Part shown: positions 54,301 to 55,986 of the stretch, piece by piece | Layout: every line of letters begins with the position of its first letter | Numbering within the stretch: the first letter of the stretch is position 1 | Assembly: GCA_963794945.1 (NCBI GenBank) | Contig: CAWCFT010000006.1 | Span: 96,001-160,000 of the forward strand | DNA length: 64,000 nucleotides | DNA from: Endomicrobiales bacterium | Lineage (GTDB): Bacteria; Elusimicrobiota; Endomicrobiia; Endomicrobiales; CAWCFT01 | Direction: 5' to 3' | The notes under the pieces: model-generated | The model's database searches: none | Seen by the model: only the letters and a program-made list of their open reading frames with translations | What the model was told of the DNA's origin: nothing | Made by a program: the position numbers and the translations under genes

Positions 54301-55502
54301 AACTTCTCGAACCTCTGTTTGAAGTACTTGTAATCGTCAGCGGAGATCTTATTAAGAAGATAGTCCCGGAAATACCCGAAGAAATCAGTCAGGAAGGATA
54401 CCTCAAGGTCGCTGATGTCCTGCGACAGGCCTATCCGTATCTCTTCGGTCAGCCTTTTCTCTTCCTGTATCAGGCTTACCGGGTTAAGTTTTCCGCATTG
54501 TTCCGAATACTCTATAAATCTGTTCAGGTCGGGGAAGTTATTGGCTAGGTCAAGGTTATATTTCCGTGATATGCGGGCTATACCCGAATATAACTCATCC
54601 TGCTTTGAAAAATTGCCTGTCTTTTCAATCAAAAGAGAATACGCAGAATAAGGCGCCCTCGCTCTAATCACTTCAAGGAACTGCTGCAGCTGACGGGTCA
54701 CCTTCGTGTAGTCTAATTGCCTCGCGGCCCGGTCAATCTCAAGATAAGACCCGATGTTCGGGTAGTTATCCATGCTTATCGGCAATACGTTATTGTACCT
54801 AGCGGGGTTTTCGTTAATATTTCTTACATATTTGCTCAAAAGTGAATAGTATTTTGAAGATTCGATACCCCCCGCCCTGTGCTGCTCAATCAGCCGGCTA
54901 AACCTCATGTTCTTTGTGCTTGAATACCTGGCCTGCATAAACTCAAGTTCTTTGCCCAGCTCCTTTATTTTCTGTTCGCAATCCTGCCTGATCTCAAAAA
55001 CCCTGCCGAGCCTTACTATATTAGCCTTGTGGACCGCCTCGTCTTCTATTCCTTTAAGTAGATCCGGCCTGTTGGAGAGGCCCGAATAATACTCGCTGCC
55101 GGTAAGCCGCCCCTGGTCAACGAGGCTCTCCATTATCTGTTTCTTTACCGCAGCATCCTTAACTCCGCAGATCCAGGAGGTGTCTATGTTCCCGTACCCG
55201 CCTTCAACGTAAACATTCTTAAGCCCGTACCTCTGATCCAGCTCGGAAAGTATCTTTGAGATATTTCTCTGAACCTCGGCGTGGCAGTGTAGGTCCTGGA
55301 TATTGATGACTATCTGCCTGCTGTCGAATATTTTGCTGTCCGTGATACGGCCGTAACTCTGAGGCACTATCGTATCCTCAAGGTTTTCGCAAGTAATCGG
55401 GCCTTTATTAAAATTTAGTGACGCCTGAAGCGTTTCGCTGAGAACAGAGCAAAACACGAAGCATGTCAACGTAACGATTGATATAAACTTTGTAATGTTC
55501 AT
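26613..55502 (-). CDS. Giant multi-enzyme protein A (~9,600 codons if reconstructed; split into >=13 ORFs by single-base frameshifts)
   Basis: Contiguous overlapping minus-strand ORFs with no intergenic gaps. Frame changes fall inside conserved domains (PLD, ATP-grasp, metallophosphoesterase, PP-loop, repeat R2). One signal peptide at 55502 and one terminator-like hairpin after 26613. Confidence 0.78.
27265..33051 (-). CDS. Giant protein A fragment: GNAT-like domain, TM/Mpv17-PMP22-like region, tandem LOG-family domains
   Basis: FMGDFVDCCLG..VVQNLEI; hydrophobic block with K..FD and W motifs; ITVYGSAR..PFEQ..FPTRK..LPGGFGTMEEVLE then a second YVFLP..G..QTGKMPKKPIVLIGKNFW. Confidence 0.8.
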   Translation of the reverse strand: MKASESLIKIAVNRKAYAEKIISVFHEAQNDPDPAVKENILTGLIGLNKETYGKYLQFLAKDRKMRFLFINGLVTRDNLWARKKILEMTEQELETFETLLKGLNDSFSETNDRSGNKVTVNFEYDYAPVVLALEMIVPGAINDMKGLLDSAAKKNNPPSSVTRLIDSLRQALLDKDMSETFISLSQNILSTTAENRAKQGNRKLVKMELSGFVKITALADSFMSLEKADDFKKVLKSFKSGSTDVAQMEQEMCASLRVELLSCLCSVVGIEKNGLKPDMLNKLHLPFAGRLTAARKLFAKTYPHVLPWFEGLIAAVLNDSYWDYVENTSQNGEVGRKIALNNEAGRKAMADAGINVDRYIGKLAEQRMAPRTLEHNGKIYTVRPIMKNPGRDIFMGDFVDCCLGMNSTRSYAMVERLIDEAMNVIEVVDPQGHAVACLWLYIAEDGSLVVQNLEIASEYENMDNKDRFSKWMIDYAADFASYIGAKSFLIGIPGHGKFFRHNDFIPNSYLWQAYADKKIEYGKNKIGKFVDDREYFLDTALKPEAFLVWEKAKGLPITSLGFNVQKLVETLGGFDTLLARFIMSPNVSSAWPLINNGGASNMKTQETGKVLADKIEQSLKSRVKAKIKTHLVELNDIKLVDNPQAKDSCWFAGLGMEEAKGKGTVVTLGVQSLMMNYLKECLKNNSPPEGFESIDKAIDTLVEHEVEEYRFIQKDPVNNTSGKFHELISRDPENSQSKLLNLAIKIKNSVSSDKPLVTENPSVEPAEISDISAHSVNSQNTSKSTVKAINKAGMAISAAFAAISVTIFALHFTDIALPFIMLFATGWVLILGCVAGSKINEMMSKKGGANGARGIAQTGLSFLVPFSAAALLTVTAYLVTGSKMLGFWTIVYRVFAVAIPVGLAALVGKAQSMKGRSFIKNVSAAIKDKGTQKMMLRWMACSMLAGIYFDMSDYGYFVPQTLTHVLGNSTVALMLKSMFDTGFLGIILNTPVAVAVYQILGNKVPLKQVFTGSSATEKFHNIIKNNYSVLGAYTIFWFSAAWIGWIVERLLGNFISFTPGDVLIFFSAYIANTIWTWMMYKFLAPAAGDEVAEINEERNQVLIQNYKWEPSITVYGSARIRRGHYIYELGKQVGAIVCKFGHAVRTGAAYNSLMSSAPEGYLQMRAKYKITNPDRKTMKTQGVNIILPFEQKSAIECEEHYDAKYFPTRKLGLYSNLLGDIALPGGFGTMEEVLETEEQGIPVIMVNKEFWKPILDVIDTEVGTNMSRKVTDNPETAVKRISLSDRAKKNNYYRITEPDVRRDSEELVSVMKKIKSEPEAVVIAGRPLKNSIESGFYKKLVSNLANSGDNIRICSPGEALDTVYGDEEFMAKYSKQLFAAVYSGSYRGAAENTVIYDNNIVVTKSITNHLFYMHTNAKAYVFLPSPGDIGAVARLFAMLTSMQTGKMPKKPIVLIGKNFWQPIISVVENQLLREHDPKLVSAGDFDLMHIVSSPEEALNYIQGINEPAALAAETNNAKAGMKLSPETAPKLIDNTAIKVQTPNVNKRNAGIGAVARLKDGLNNIVEWARNVISRMLNPLPARKSAVARALVDWHYVSPSGLERAVRQFGAAKTDANGEVHTNIYLMGQMPADPDSWGLRSTGMMVDGKQVWASTAAGALVVFAEGRDNDNLAETMSGMLLNRGKISASRKFSGRFSEFLRMVNVDVDAGGLRPGIIVDHTQSGRKISYNGLGSMVVTADLFADDGGVTNEAAVSAKLGELITIRNAESAAMPQNIYIDLDGLANIKEFMSNLEVFNKAGNSQMIVDPAVFAGLEDSKISSIAELARKSGVRICVDLSSGDSLKDHYRELGFAGYVETLGGETKMYDFASGGAGVGAETIRGYESAEMLKSRLIGSRAGLQDTEPQRPQRPVERRRKVDNRQGGAHRNT
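33137..34480 (-). CDS. Giant protein A fragment: ATP-grasp C-terminal part and HEAT repeats
   Basis: DII....PVVIEVNGRNSG; repeated AA.ALG.IG / L...L.D.N..V helical units. Confidence 0.75.
   Translation of the reverse strand: MDIIARDAEGVLMPVVIEVNGRNSGGLWHYDEYQIGKKDNKSVGPPARLFARTMFRRALEYKRFLDKKIQNTINPAKEAPREQVINSPIFNPTSSAEGPAIQVNQQNANSENNQDEKPSPAALHLPPSAEGAGIKEILQAFYSQLKESPSPSAIADAAAALGNIGSREDISDDTAREIAAVLQGALKGAFQNVQIKISQSLCKIGRRKNISKEIQKYLVSILDGNDKGVMRESILGGLERMASQVGAERPVIEEITGILRQVLEEGNYEAQEGAARELGLIALNLEARDNDILINDIIPALSKATITNDDLHVRLIAYDAWEDILNSEKVSDEIIDKIMSLLREGLRSSTPIVATRASERLIDMAGSEGASELVIRKVMAILREANNDGADEPLRLKVVATMPKLWHVQALREDIVKELRNALAAPNVSVKTYAASALGGVGKRGKL
34540..35379 (-). CDS. Giant protein A fragment: RimK/YheCD-like ATP-grasp core
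   Basis: NKIKT..L...GVPT, VVKPAGGSQGKGV, IMEERI, NFRVLV motifs (the first ~50 tracked residues are probably out of frame). Confidence 0.75.
   Translation of the reverse strand: MLKLKRPFLWIGQPAVTFASACLISRSLLRLIISPPAQAGTCPHISKISVPLSESRLFEALATNKIKTNWALEEAGVPTSEGIAFIRSAAISKYPMIAEKTEARTRPVQLSESTVIEDILPYISNFRQKHLSVVVKPAGGSQGKGVRIFADTANDNEIARHILELLTKQRKVRKAGVMTADLGDDVIMEERIAPRYFKEKRSWVDWNFRVLVSRDRSGSMAVSALVVRCGVRGKAINISQKAFTTDFKELVLAAGPFASGSRGFQGSRRKNSVKCCARS
35189..36337 (-). CDS. Giant protein A fragment: repeat R2 and ATP-grasp N-terminal region
   Basis: QPLL..KG.V.ID.MN.PP...LP.QFKE.YSDKIIPAATLA.IHEYLE shared with ORF 37081-39372. Confidence 0.7.
   Translation of the reverse strand: MTLRLKLLALEGNIEFDAELTKAVLDQPLLEQFKGRVIIDTMNSPPQKNEDSVFNFRSVTYSKDKHGILHVILPRQFKEKYSDKIIPAATLALIHEYLESTGKTHEEAVRLGFDLELLNLSREELQNIIEKHLWELLNNSEISSGISGSLPAVFEPKPGADIDNAASAQFEEGEESFEIGPIEDETAEEPGGIVIDFGRGNQVNVSQEETTYIIPPEGEPFQIKSGRSEPLPELTALKLSSYIRKSGYSGVFRSVSDSAALLNHNPNAVNIILAQSHTSIVHNTLSLMLELRRQARALNRPANILMILDPHWLSADTDGRVKIKKALFMDRATSRNFRLSLLNFKEPVEAHYIATRASGHLPSHFQDQRAAFRKPPVRSSGH
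35950..37956 (-). repeat. Internal repeat R2 (~170 aa, two copies: ~37420-37956 and ~35950-36464)
   Basis: Both copies begin SLSGVN(I/F)W.AVG and share YSDKIIPAATLA.IHEYLE.TGKTH.E.V.LGF..ELL; DNA similarity is visible. Confidence 0.85.
36306..37172 (-). CDS. Giant protein A fragment (unknown domain plus start of repeat R2)
   Basis: Ends with the first half of R2, which continues in ORF 35189-36337. Confidence 0.65.
   Translation of the reverse strand: MLGISGDISLLYEIVVVRGSVLKSVNFGKLEAINKVVEVSPGLEKEFDAISDNTVFEAKFHITLKKLYQQVLGETPVKLSHLKVLSDRKFSNIRNLVYQGENEGGNTVKAVIEFLKHRPEYLKEISVTDKGMSIKIALADMKDFLFNPDIISLFRNEGRSGSANYIPKNIEYKHAYMEKLIDNKLKQLKGDKFDVIIAVSNALPEDMETLNDMISVKESQAEDRSQYAQETQSISNSLSGVNFWLAVGVSLMVNKRIYDPFVKEVNEYASGRAAGVIAHDLAVKAVGA
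37081..39372 (-). CDS. Giant protein A fragment: multi-TM (MFS-half-like) region and repeat R2
   Basis: About 6 hydrophobic helices at ~39090-38340, then R2. Confidence 0.7.
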   Translation of the reverse strand: MRSIIENSRPSEVLFIFENEEENMPADEELEKLFSADTFFFMPKFSKVAVKAAEFDAIKQKAVSYGTALLEVSNPGLVLMKENMLTFANKRLIYFKALAYNKLVRVSEISWAASTFVNSLLVGMILPTILTYAANIGVLNIYNLVLEVIEASVIIIACTFATNRVVNIQMMRADNRTDMIKGHIWEKKIQNEKGVKRLSKYFIYNAVLNVVSCLLFFALVPASIYGKMQFGGLLFSLVPTVYLAIFLGQNILYLVLSNLEGFYLTEITEGAILSNEDSIKKGFAKQNKNIENYSQIMRGVIGGGGMLLGIGFLKLGLNDAIVPTILISSVISMMSGFIIPLFSGDSSVGLEFNTRSFLGSKNENELRAGKNITLSFKPDDPRITNVMPVPLGKNRSWLPWAKMLKTTLTYSVKPKIKKIANRIEISGDKEDPLITVRKRSGIMKNPEDVLSLEPAGDSWVVSFAPEKKGARGSLSGVNIWRAVGNVLISRFGADNPIAGEIINYASSRSKEAIDHGLAVEAFTALGGNITPDTELTEAVFSQPLLTKLKGKVVIDMMNGPPLKLAVNKSRKIKEEKIVWFSKDENSVLHVVLPQQFKEEYSDKIIPAATLAVIHEYLEATGKTHSEVVDLGFGSELLSYPENALQKTIKKNLEELDRENNPAYNVSAEYGIPAETFNRIKKFQNNDFSYLRLIRKVRALLDYDGPSKELVHDKVVKDIYKMSEACKREQAAQRCVGDFRGHFASIRNSCCPRFRAEKRQFWQT
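39738..40913 (-). CDS. Giant protein A fragment: metallophosphoesterase C-terminal motif and TM linker
   Basis: FFGHTH and YANDGAW; hydrophobic NVLTHATY segment. Confidence 0.65.
   Translation of the reverse strand: MKMGREKAVLNIFFGHTHEIPTVFSGPVHNFLSHFTSSRAGYANDGAWAVRTKLDNYLPWPGRKDITKESFGIEKGLNRDVDKPDIVPVIGDSLLITFEGTVRLLRGCAYAAGGDEFVKEYLDGAPETAGQPQAPGSGQFEYNENRSKGTENTFSRGTTSLPENQASVDFLRAEGYSEFTIGLFIGVKEFFKSFHPSYRKRHYPPGKAPAWYKDKRSIEVSMNWASTLVGTVLPFPGATFILNVLTHATYFALFKENPQVLPGTQAVGQEELSAVNVPAGLENKKQMNLFEALAYLKSVKNINAAAAENEGGATGVLKTGQVRAENNGNKSLNSALKIVFTFAFLFVAPITLYSMTGLGGSLSGLMSSPLVGLASLACGVARNFIYSQRNI
41024..41302 (-). CDS. Giant protein A fragment: metallophosphoesterase middle part
   Basis: LYFEHGH motif. 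Confidence 0.6.
   Translation of the reverse strand: MDESVTEQENQAAAQGLVSMLRDSRENLNQKVQEDLNAEVVRYYFDAERGLYFEHGHVSDGALNNNPAVPAMVLASRLDRQTYLEPRRGYYS
41369..44401 (-). CDS. Giant protein A fragment: phospholipase D, repeat R1, LpxH-like metallophosphoesterase start
   Basis: HNKFTVYVD..TGSTNW and HDKIIVID..TGSHNLG..NDEN; FSDVHAG, INGDFID, IAGNHD. Confidence 0.85.
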   Translation of the reverse strand: MPDGQPSYQALLGHINTPGDSMRGELAGQMIEALNILVKRAEQEGGECYLALYELNDPELLEMLKGNKKLHIILSNTGQDDATDVEARQSLHDSGVDIYDRMLTSGHIGHNKFTVYVDKNGNAQAVATGSTNWTSTALCAQSNNTLIIEDPNYASAFKDYWERLKADGAEQSAEFRSRNNEEIPPLMVDGSELSLYFSPNTQLKNKPQKDPEEPADMAAVADAIRSAKESVLFLAFQPGSPSFMDVIAEAQEKNPSLFVRGAVTDPKATAHYVSLFHGSMEQADSVVTASAVNAQDQFGYWQQELLKSSPGAHAIIHDKIIVIDPFTDNCKVITGSHNLGYRASYNNDENLTIIKNDRELAQMYAAHALDVYDHYRWRYQLQKINNPVRAYNGLDPIDVWQNKYYSQNTIANKSMAVWFDTIKAKENGALTTDWSYKHGRRLGWSARITELIMPLIPVWNIADITAHTASLVRGKAGLGKFRGWGAAGIWALTLLAGLGAYFGFEHSILAASVAAYIANSISHFIYNIFFPGNTLTVGELQIETPAEARKQTAANKTLGDNKTPVKIQPPFMLEIIEALNNPEISSRLLRLAKSDVNNFHNNVEDLLVKMSKAGKTGAAKALETFIGRLRPQKSKNITALEPEGIEGEYTQQVKTGDKTLSLTLAAKKFDYHSRLGRTWQDKAENNYIYTQQINPNEPTYIGVSGQDRSFVSEYVRVLVSAGFFWNEMMEKDLLFVINGGSVEVFEGDKAKPRPDLSAEANIVLKKTRISMSRLEKEDSEKKEYLKRLEGIEFFNGKLPQETGTAGFASGLAESGKYLAVCGRIDQRESQYLVEELNARCAQTIGRLGHVLVKFEGEGFSVESENADASAVKDVERFVRGFYTILNFSDVHAGSPYKFGLQKETELIQLLDKAVANRSLVIINGDFIDFWQEKYGKTKKAHQALFDKLKQARRVIYIAGNHDRVIHPDFLEGAKKELLETAKKHVIVLGPKAEALERLAALPSVKDFIRG
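42785..48723 (-). repeat. Internal hydrophobic linker repeat R1 (~110 aa, three copies: ~48391-48723, ~44845-45216, ~42785-43114)
   Basis: LTT(S/D)WSY..G..LG...T.L.MP..PVW.I.D..AHT...AGL..FRG.GAA.I...HSIL.A..AAY.ANSI.H..YN..F....LTVG. Copies 1 and 3 are near-identical at DNA level. Confidence 0.92.
44356..47184 (-). CDS. Giant protein A fragment: PP-loop C-terminal Cys cluster, PHP domain 2, repeat R1, PLD N-terminus
   Basis: TSPC..CGVCGKC; IDMHMH..SDG..ITDHN..ILAHP..ESDDHGP; AYANNDVAFIAW..CLGFAVYR. Confidence 0.82.
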   Translation of the reverse strand: MRSYEEESWYAETVQSNNALEKLFKQKGMGLKISPINKMSEEELIRQFIIKYPQIFKLTSPCVLSSDMYTIKKNWFMKKFPEFPLFEGTCGVCGKCIQLNMARLLYDPEVVKLPESVKRKVAQYYIVRSRQDPASSFVEKELLAKLEERWGESAPKASNVDTDHEAGHTLRKNKIDPAPNVPAAGPALAIENPSDKNVSRRKINDALTELFGNSRFKIGSAITDADRENGMIDMHMHTATGSDGAVTAIDQVKAAIGAGVQVLQITDHNTFAGYLSAKPFVDAYNSNKPVEDRIVLVPAAEITLKNVHDNTEKGTKYDMVISNVSPDEMGIIEPLSEKHRRKAEIRRELLTGVLKKIFKHGSLKLQKFDIDFEAADNAFEAVTGLRFKDIGVNKKDIYLRKTASLEEIEKAFEIKEGSNPGKFRIAENVMKIMLSDKSYELIRRKVIGVAGRKSTVFIDLLNHYYDDAKYMKKALNKDGFQQPILTNKELIETVHQYGGKVILAHPMLYYPLGPELMGALRAKMNDGELEKLVEQRIFDGKDQNLNMLIALIAECKSYGLDGISVNYLYSGVGKENDLNRIAKIISDHFNFSYTPAAESDDHGPILGSKEFVLVGTVAGVPEKKALIEFKKKWFNTIEEERAITAGPELSKHTDKALITGWSYAMGRRLGWDKRATELRMPWVPVWGIADSFAHTGLLIAAGIAKLLDIKNQKLQDMAGLDRFRGTGAAIIFKATQLAAFVTYLYFGHSILTATAAAYLANSITHYLYNLIFKRHSLTVGTEEGEAASLKRAVAYANNDVAFIAWQYPEKIPNCLGFAVYRTDAKTGNRVILPAWVGFKGQKNDKWEPKDTSIWPVQRFNWRDLEAERGASYVYEVVPMIGKPGDLKPDTANTLKTGQVTVSPGAGKIKAFFNRGYFQRNRWLIDYRKCPMDNRVTRPFLAT
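47290..49647 (-). CDS. Giant protein A fragment: HAD-like phosphatase, repeat R1, PP-loop (SGGKDS) start
   Basis: YFDFDLTL..GLTAR..NKA..YIEDS; STLSGGKDS. Confidence 0.8.
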   Translation of the reverse strand: MPAASYENINGLGLVDYAKKLRAENGMNRLYFDFDLTLFRSMGYISSSKWFENVDKEYGFDKARNWWGWNRDSHERRQMANGFFFRRMDDELPRMLKEFKEAGFELVGLTAREPAMDEQRTREILDALDMHFEKIIFTNGSQNKAGKLDEFELANDGGKGKVNGLYIEDSFKNLKLVLPGRPHISGIYYHVANAGDEDNWDSAAYVRKGDEAMAAGNTAHAFEYYFNAVIKAVELAGITREQAYLALGEIYKKLEAMPAPKPAGYDQLHQLVEIAKDGRSYLFNDEAGRALRAKNLNLTSRLPDVADNVLTTSWSYWLGEKLGMREHTTQLAMPLIPVWNIVDITAHTVSLVRGKAGLGKFRGWGAAGIWALTLLAGVGAYFGFEHSILAASVAAYLANSISHFVYNLFFPGNTLTVGEIHSKVLFDTPDTRDNPNTAGKNELTAIGSPSLNYDSGRNLAEGMNLPDEKDRGTGVHKGKRTNELETVEINGKQYIKGYKIVTEGNQSLGLKENPNVFTFSMNKWNYLPKEWVEAGNRDWGGVWVNTSLSQARALQRYMWETYKKRMRLLEVAVDRELYSNDDSLKTNAIYPINEIKDSIYVVRDGNGMAILEDGPRQRLGMVNDLSEYSKGSESSKYFSEFEKNNQIAWCKNLNPTIKGLIDNFLLFYAFADAKPNGTIKEIFTDIPVDEDALVWLKGLYDYFGQPMPGITGPKTKFAPVPGYKASGIKLSTLSGGKDSAFITLENNTIPVHIANINKATQTRELKSVSILSEKLPNKPLVVPLN
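49628..51313 (-). CDS. Giant protein A fragment: cyclic-nucleotide-binding domain and minimal nucleotidyltransferase
   Basis: EEG..GD..FLI..GEV.V..GECVGEMSL...NATCR; LYGSILK...RDIDV..LD. Confidence 0.82.
   Translation of the reverse strand: MLSRASAMRASGCAKTINCIGAVSKETSVINSNDGEIILVGQTKTAKAPEFVQANVGETADKKTTLASRIGKMEIFSSLPLKTRELIASYVSEETLEAGSEPAVFIEEGIKGDKIFLIDQGEVEVVKNVNGAEKYLETRKAGECVGEMSLFEKDYSPNATCRVKPGEQAVFLTMKKKDFEHIIARYPGVKYAAERILKDRILTTLRESATLGEIKYIFTELNGLKVLTPGNLSVNEEYMAFVPEMGNENTWFIYDKWGVGEHPRETGFDEAFNSFSARKTSQGASAGDIKTLNQRLKKLKELLPFIEKQLNGHKVLSVCLYGSILKAEKNPRDIDVIAVIDDPAVKEARVQPVLKLDIPGIPRKLDCITVGKEYLLSHQERVNSVLFAWYLGRMVWGDDIYNSAGTPSPKNALMWAKIFLDKTFLTHMNRSQEVGLEKIKQRIGQILKVLHENMEITPGMNKYEKEIDSYLSRGDVEKAFYSAYKYLEVLRAGILPAGEDGQPAPARAGVQGITYKIIAKPGVSERTDNSNKTAADVFGGGEFDAQDPLVKEGRHSAGGLL
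51270..55502 (-). CDS. Giant protein A N-terminal fragment: signal peptide, conserved QDLHC domain, PHP domain 1, degenerate MBL fold
   Basis: MNITKFISIVTLTCFVF; NIQDLHCHAEVQ..VYVEG..ITGGFHT; IDLHMH..LTNHD..ILTHP..ETDCHGP; DIDYVVLTRYD. Confidence 0.85.
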   Translation of the reverse strand: MNITKFISIVTLTCFVFCSVLSETLQASLNFNKGPITCENLEDTIVPQSYGRITDSKIFDSRQIVINIQDLHCHAEVQRNISKILSELDQRYGLKNVYVEGGYGNIDTSWICGVKDAAVKKQIMESLVDQGRLTGSEYYSGLSNRPDLLKGIEDEAVHKANIVRLGRVFEIRQDCEQKIKELGKELEFMQARYSSTKNMRFSRLIEQHRAGGIESSKYYSLLSKYVRNINENPARYNNVLPISMDNYPNIGSYLEIDRAARQLDYTKVTRQLQQFLEVIRARAPYSAYSLLIEKTGNFSKQDELYSGIARISRKYNLDLANNFPDLNRFIEYSEQCGKLNPVSLIQEEKRLTEEIRIGLSQDISDLEVSFLTDFFGYFRDYLLNKISADDYKYFKQRFEKFDSVWNKYSYDSKIKDLTKYFGLLNDFYECNCRRNECFIKNLPLTGMRISKDVAKSAADNTLSEQLKKSEIIVVITGGFHTEDLKKILRDRQISYLAVTPNITTGADGSGIIYAELAKQQAKLFGTNALALALGSMGAKVIDIDKDRIIVELNGERIQITADEKKRFNISDVLAKIEEKTKTTFNPQAVKAALSEFNKITAAMEIFVNPLASTELIYKLLKTFAVYGAQKDLFGSDGLIFKIANDRNVQEAIENYEHVPMRELSAFPEILQQITADNAVVKENLLELAKSPIQRALVEAIDNPFVSSKLLSLGKLDKYALLQMIKSDALEALYANSKFKVGPEITETDRKNGMIDLHMHDSDGFDGTATVEEQIQNAVDAGDQVIQLTNHDTVFSLERAEKYVNEINKNRQLEDKIVLVPAVEIELRGKEDNGAVKTTGIEIVASNINVNRTAQMLAKYFSADKARLLNRVLNDYFYGLIASGNFKIDLQEADSLLAGKSMKTLADIGLSQKDFIIRPLSDIDLAELKQFLTVKEEINPSRTRTAEGVLYRVLTPSSFKIVTKKVSDNIGRAVPVYQALMGKNFSLYGNNEVLKQTLDGYADKNEFMSTKRLIFEIHKQGGKAILTHPMRYFGIDRQQDVINAVDNFNDNGLSEFIENQINKDGSGISKVYGIMKEYKSYGLDGISVNYLYSGTASRNNNLNRIAKILADKLEFKYLPAGETDCHGPYLNDRANIVVGTAGGVPDRDALIAFKKKWFKAVEEQEKIESSGPAEHTNPLGRNTGIAGSSPVTLEKGMTAVPFKESGGSPASLLISARNADNHLVEFVIDPRGDIETKLQEKGVSTDIDYVVLTRYDEKTLAQAVKMALNGSFIIAPQELKKELEPAISRMNTKEYTDIRNFVYFTDDFIDRYFDSDGRRFFLPGGLSVEFLKGRHKDYMVKLRNDPEAGGNTLVYVPAFSKEQLSDNNSADFIFGEPVKYPSDIIITGKIETERYWRYAQQGLCNARQRLR

Positions 55503-55986
55503 AGTTTTTACTGATAGTAATAGATCGCCAAAAATGTGTGGTTAGTGTTTATTAGGTAGAGTTTATAAAATGTATGTTAAAGCAATATTAATTTACGGTG
55601 ATAATTATGTTAAGGGCCATTTTTGGAAACAGAATCTTTATTAATAATTCCTTAATACTGACTTAATATATTTTCTATAGACTATACTTGATTCAAAATT
55701 TGTACCGCATTCTGAATAAAACATTTGCATCCATTAAGGTTTGTATGTGTTTTCCTTCCTTGCGTTATGCTTTAGCAACATCGGCACGTAGATAAACGGC
55801 TGCAGTTATTATTTCATCAATGCACCGGAATTGAAGCAACAGATCAGAATAGTTCTTCATATAACTATTTTTACTACGGGAGTTACCATTATGATAAGCT
55901 TTTCTGGCTTCGTGAAACTGGGTGCCGCGATTCACATCAAAAGAAGTACATTCAGAGCCCTTAACTGGTTCCGATCATGCTTTAAG

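Noticed and set aside
26596..55089. Numerous plus-strand ORFs opposite giant gene A (and minus-strand ORFs opposite B)
   Set aside because: Antisense shadows with Ser/Ile/Phe-rich composition and no motifs.
26613..55502. Alternative genetic code or stop-codon read-through explaining the ORF breaks
   Set aside because: The junctions I examined need frame changes, not in-frame stop suppression, and normal genes here end in TAA, TAG and TGA.
55831..55986. Longer N-terminus for giant protein B from TTG 55831
   Set aside because: Alignment with protein A and the signal-peptide pattern point to ATG 55987, though the start is not certain.
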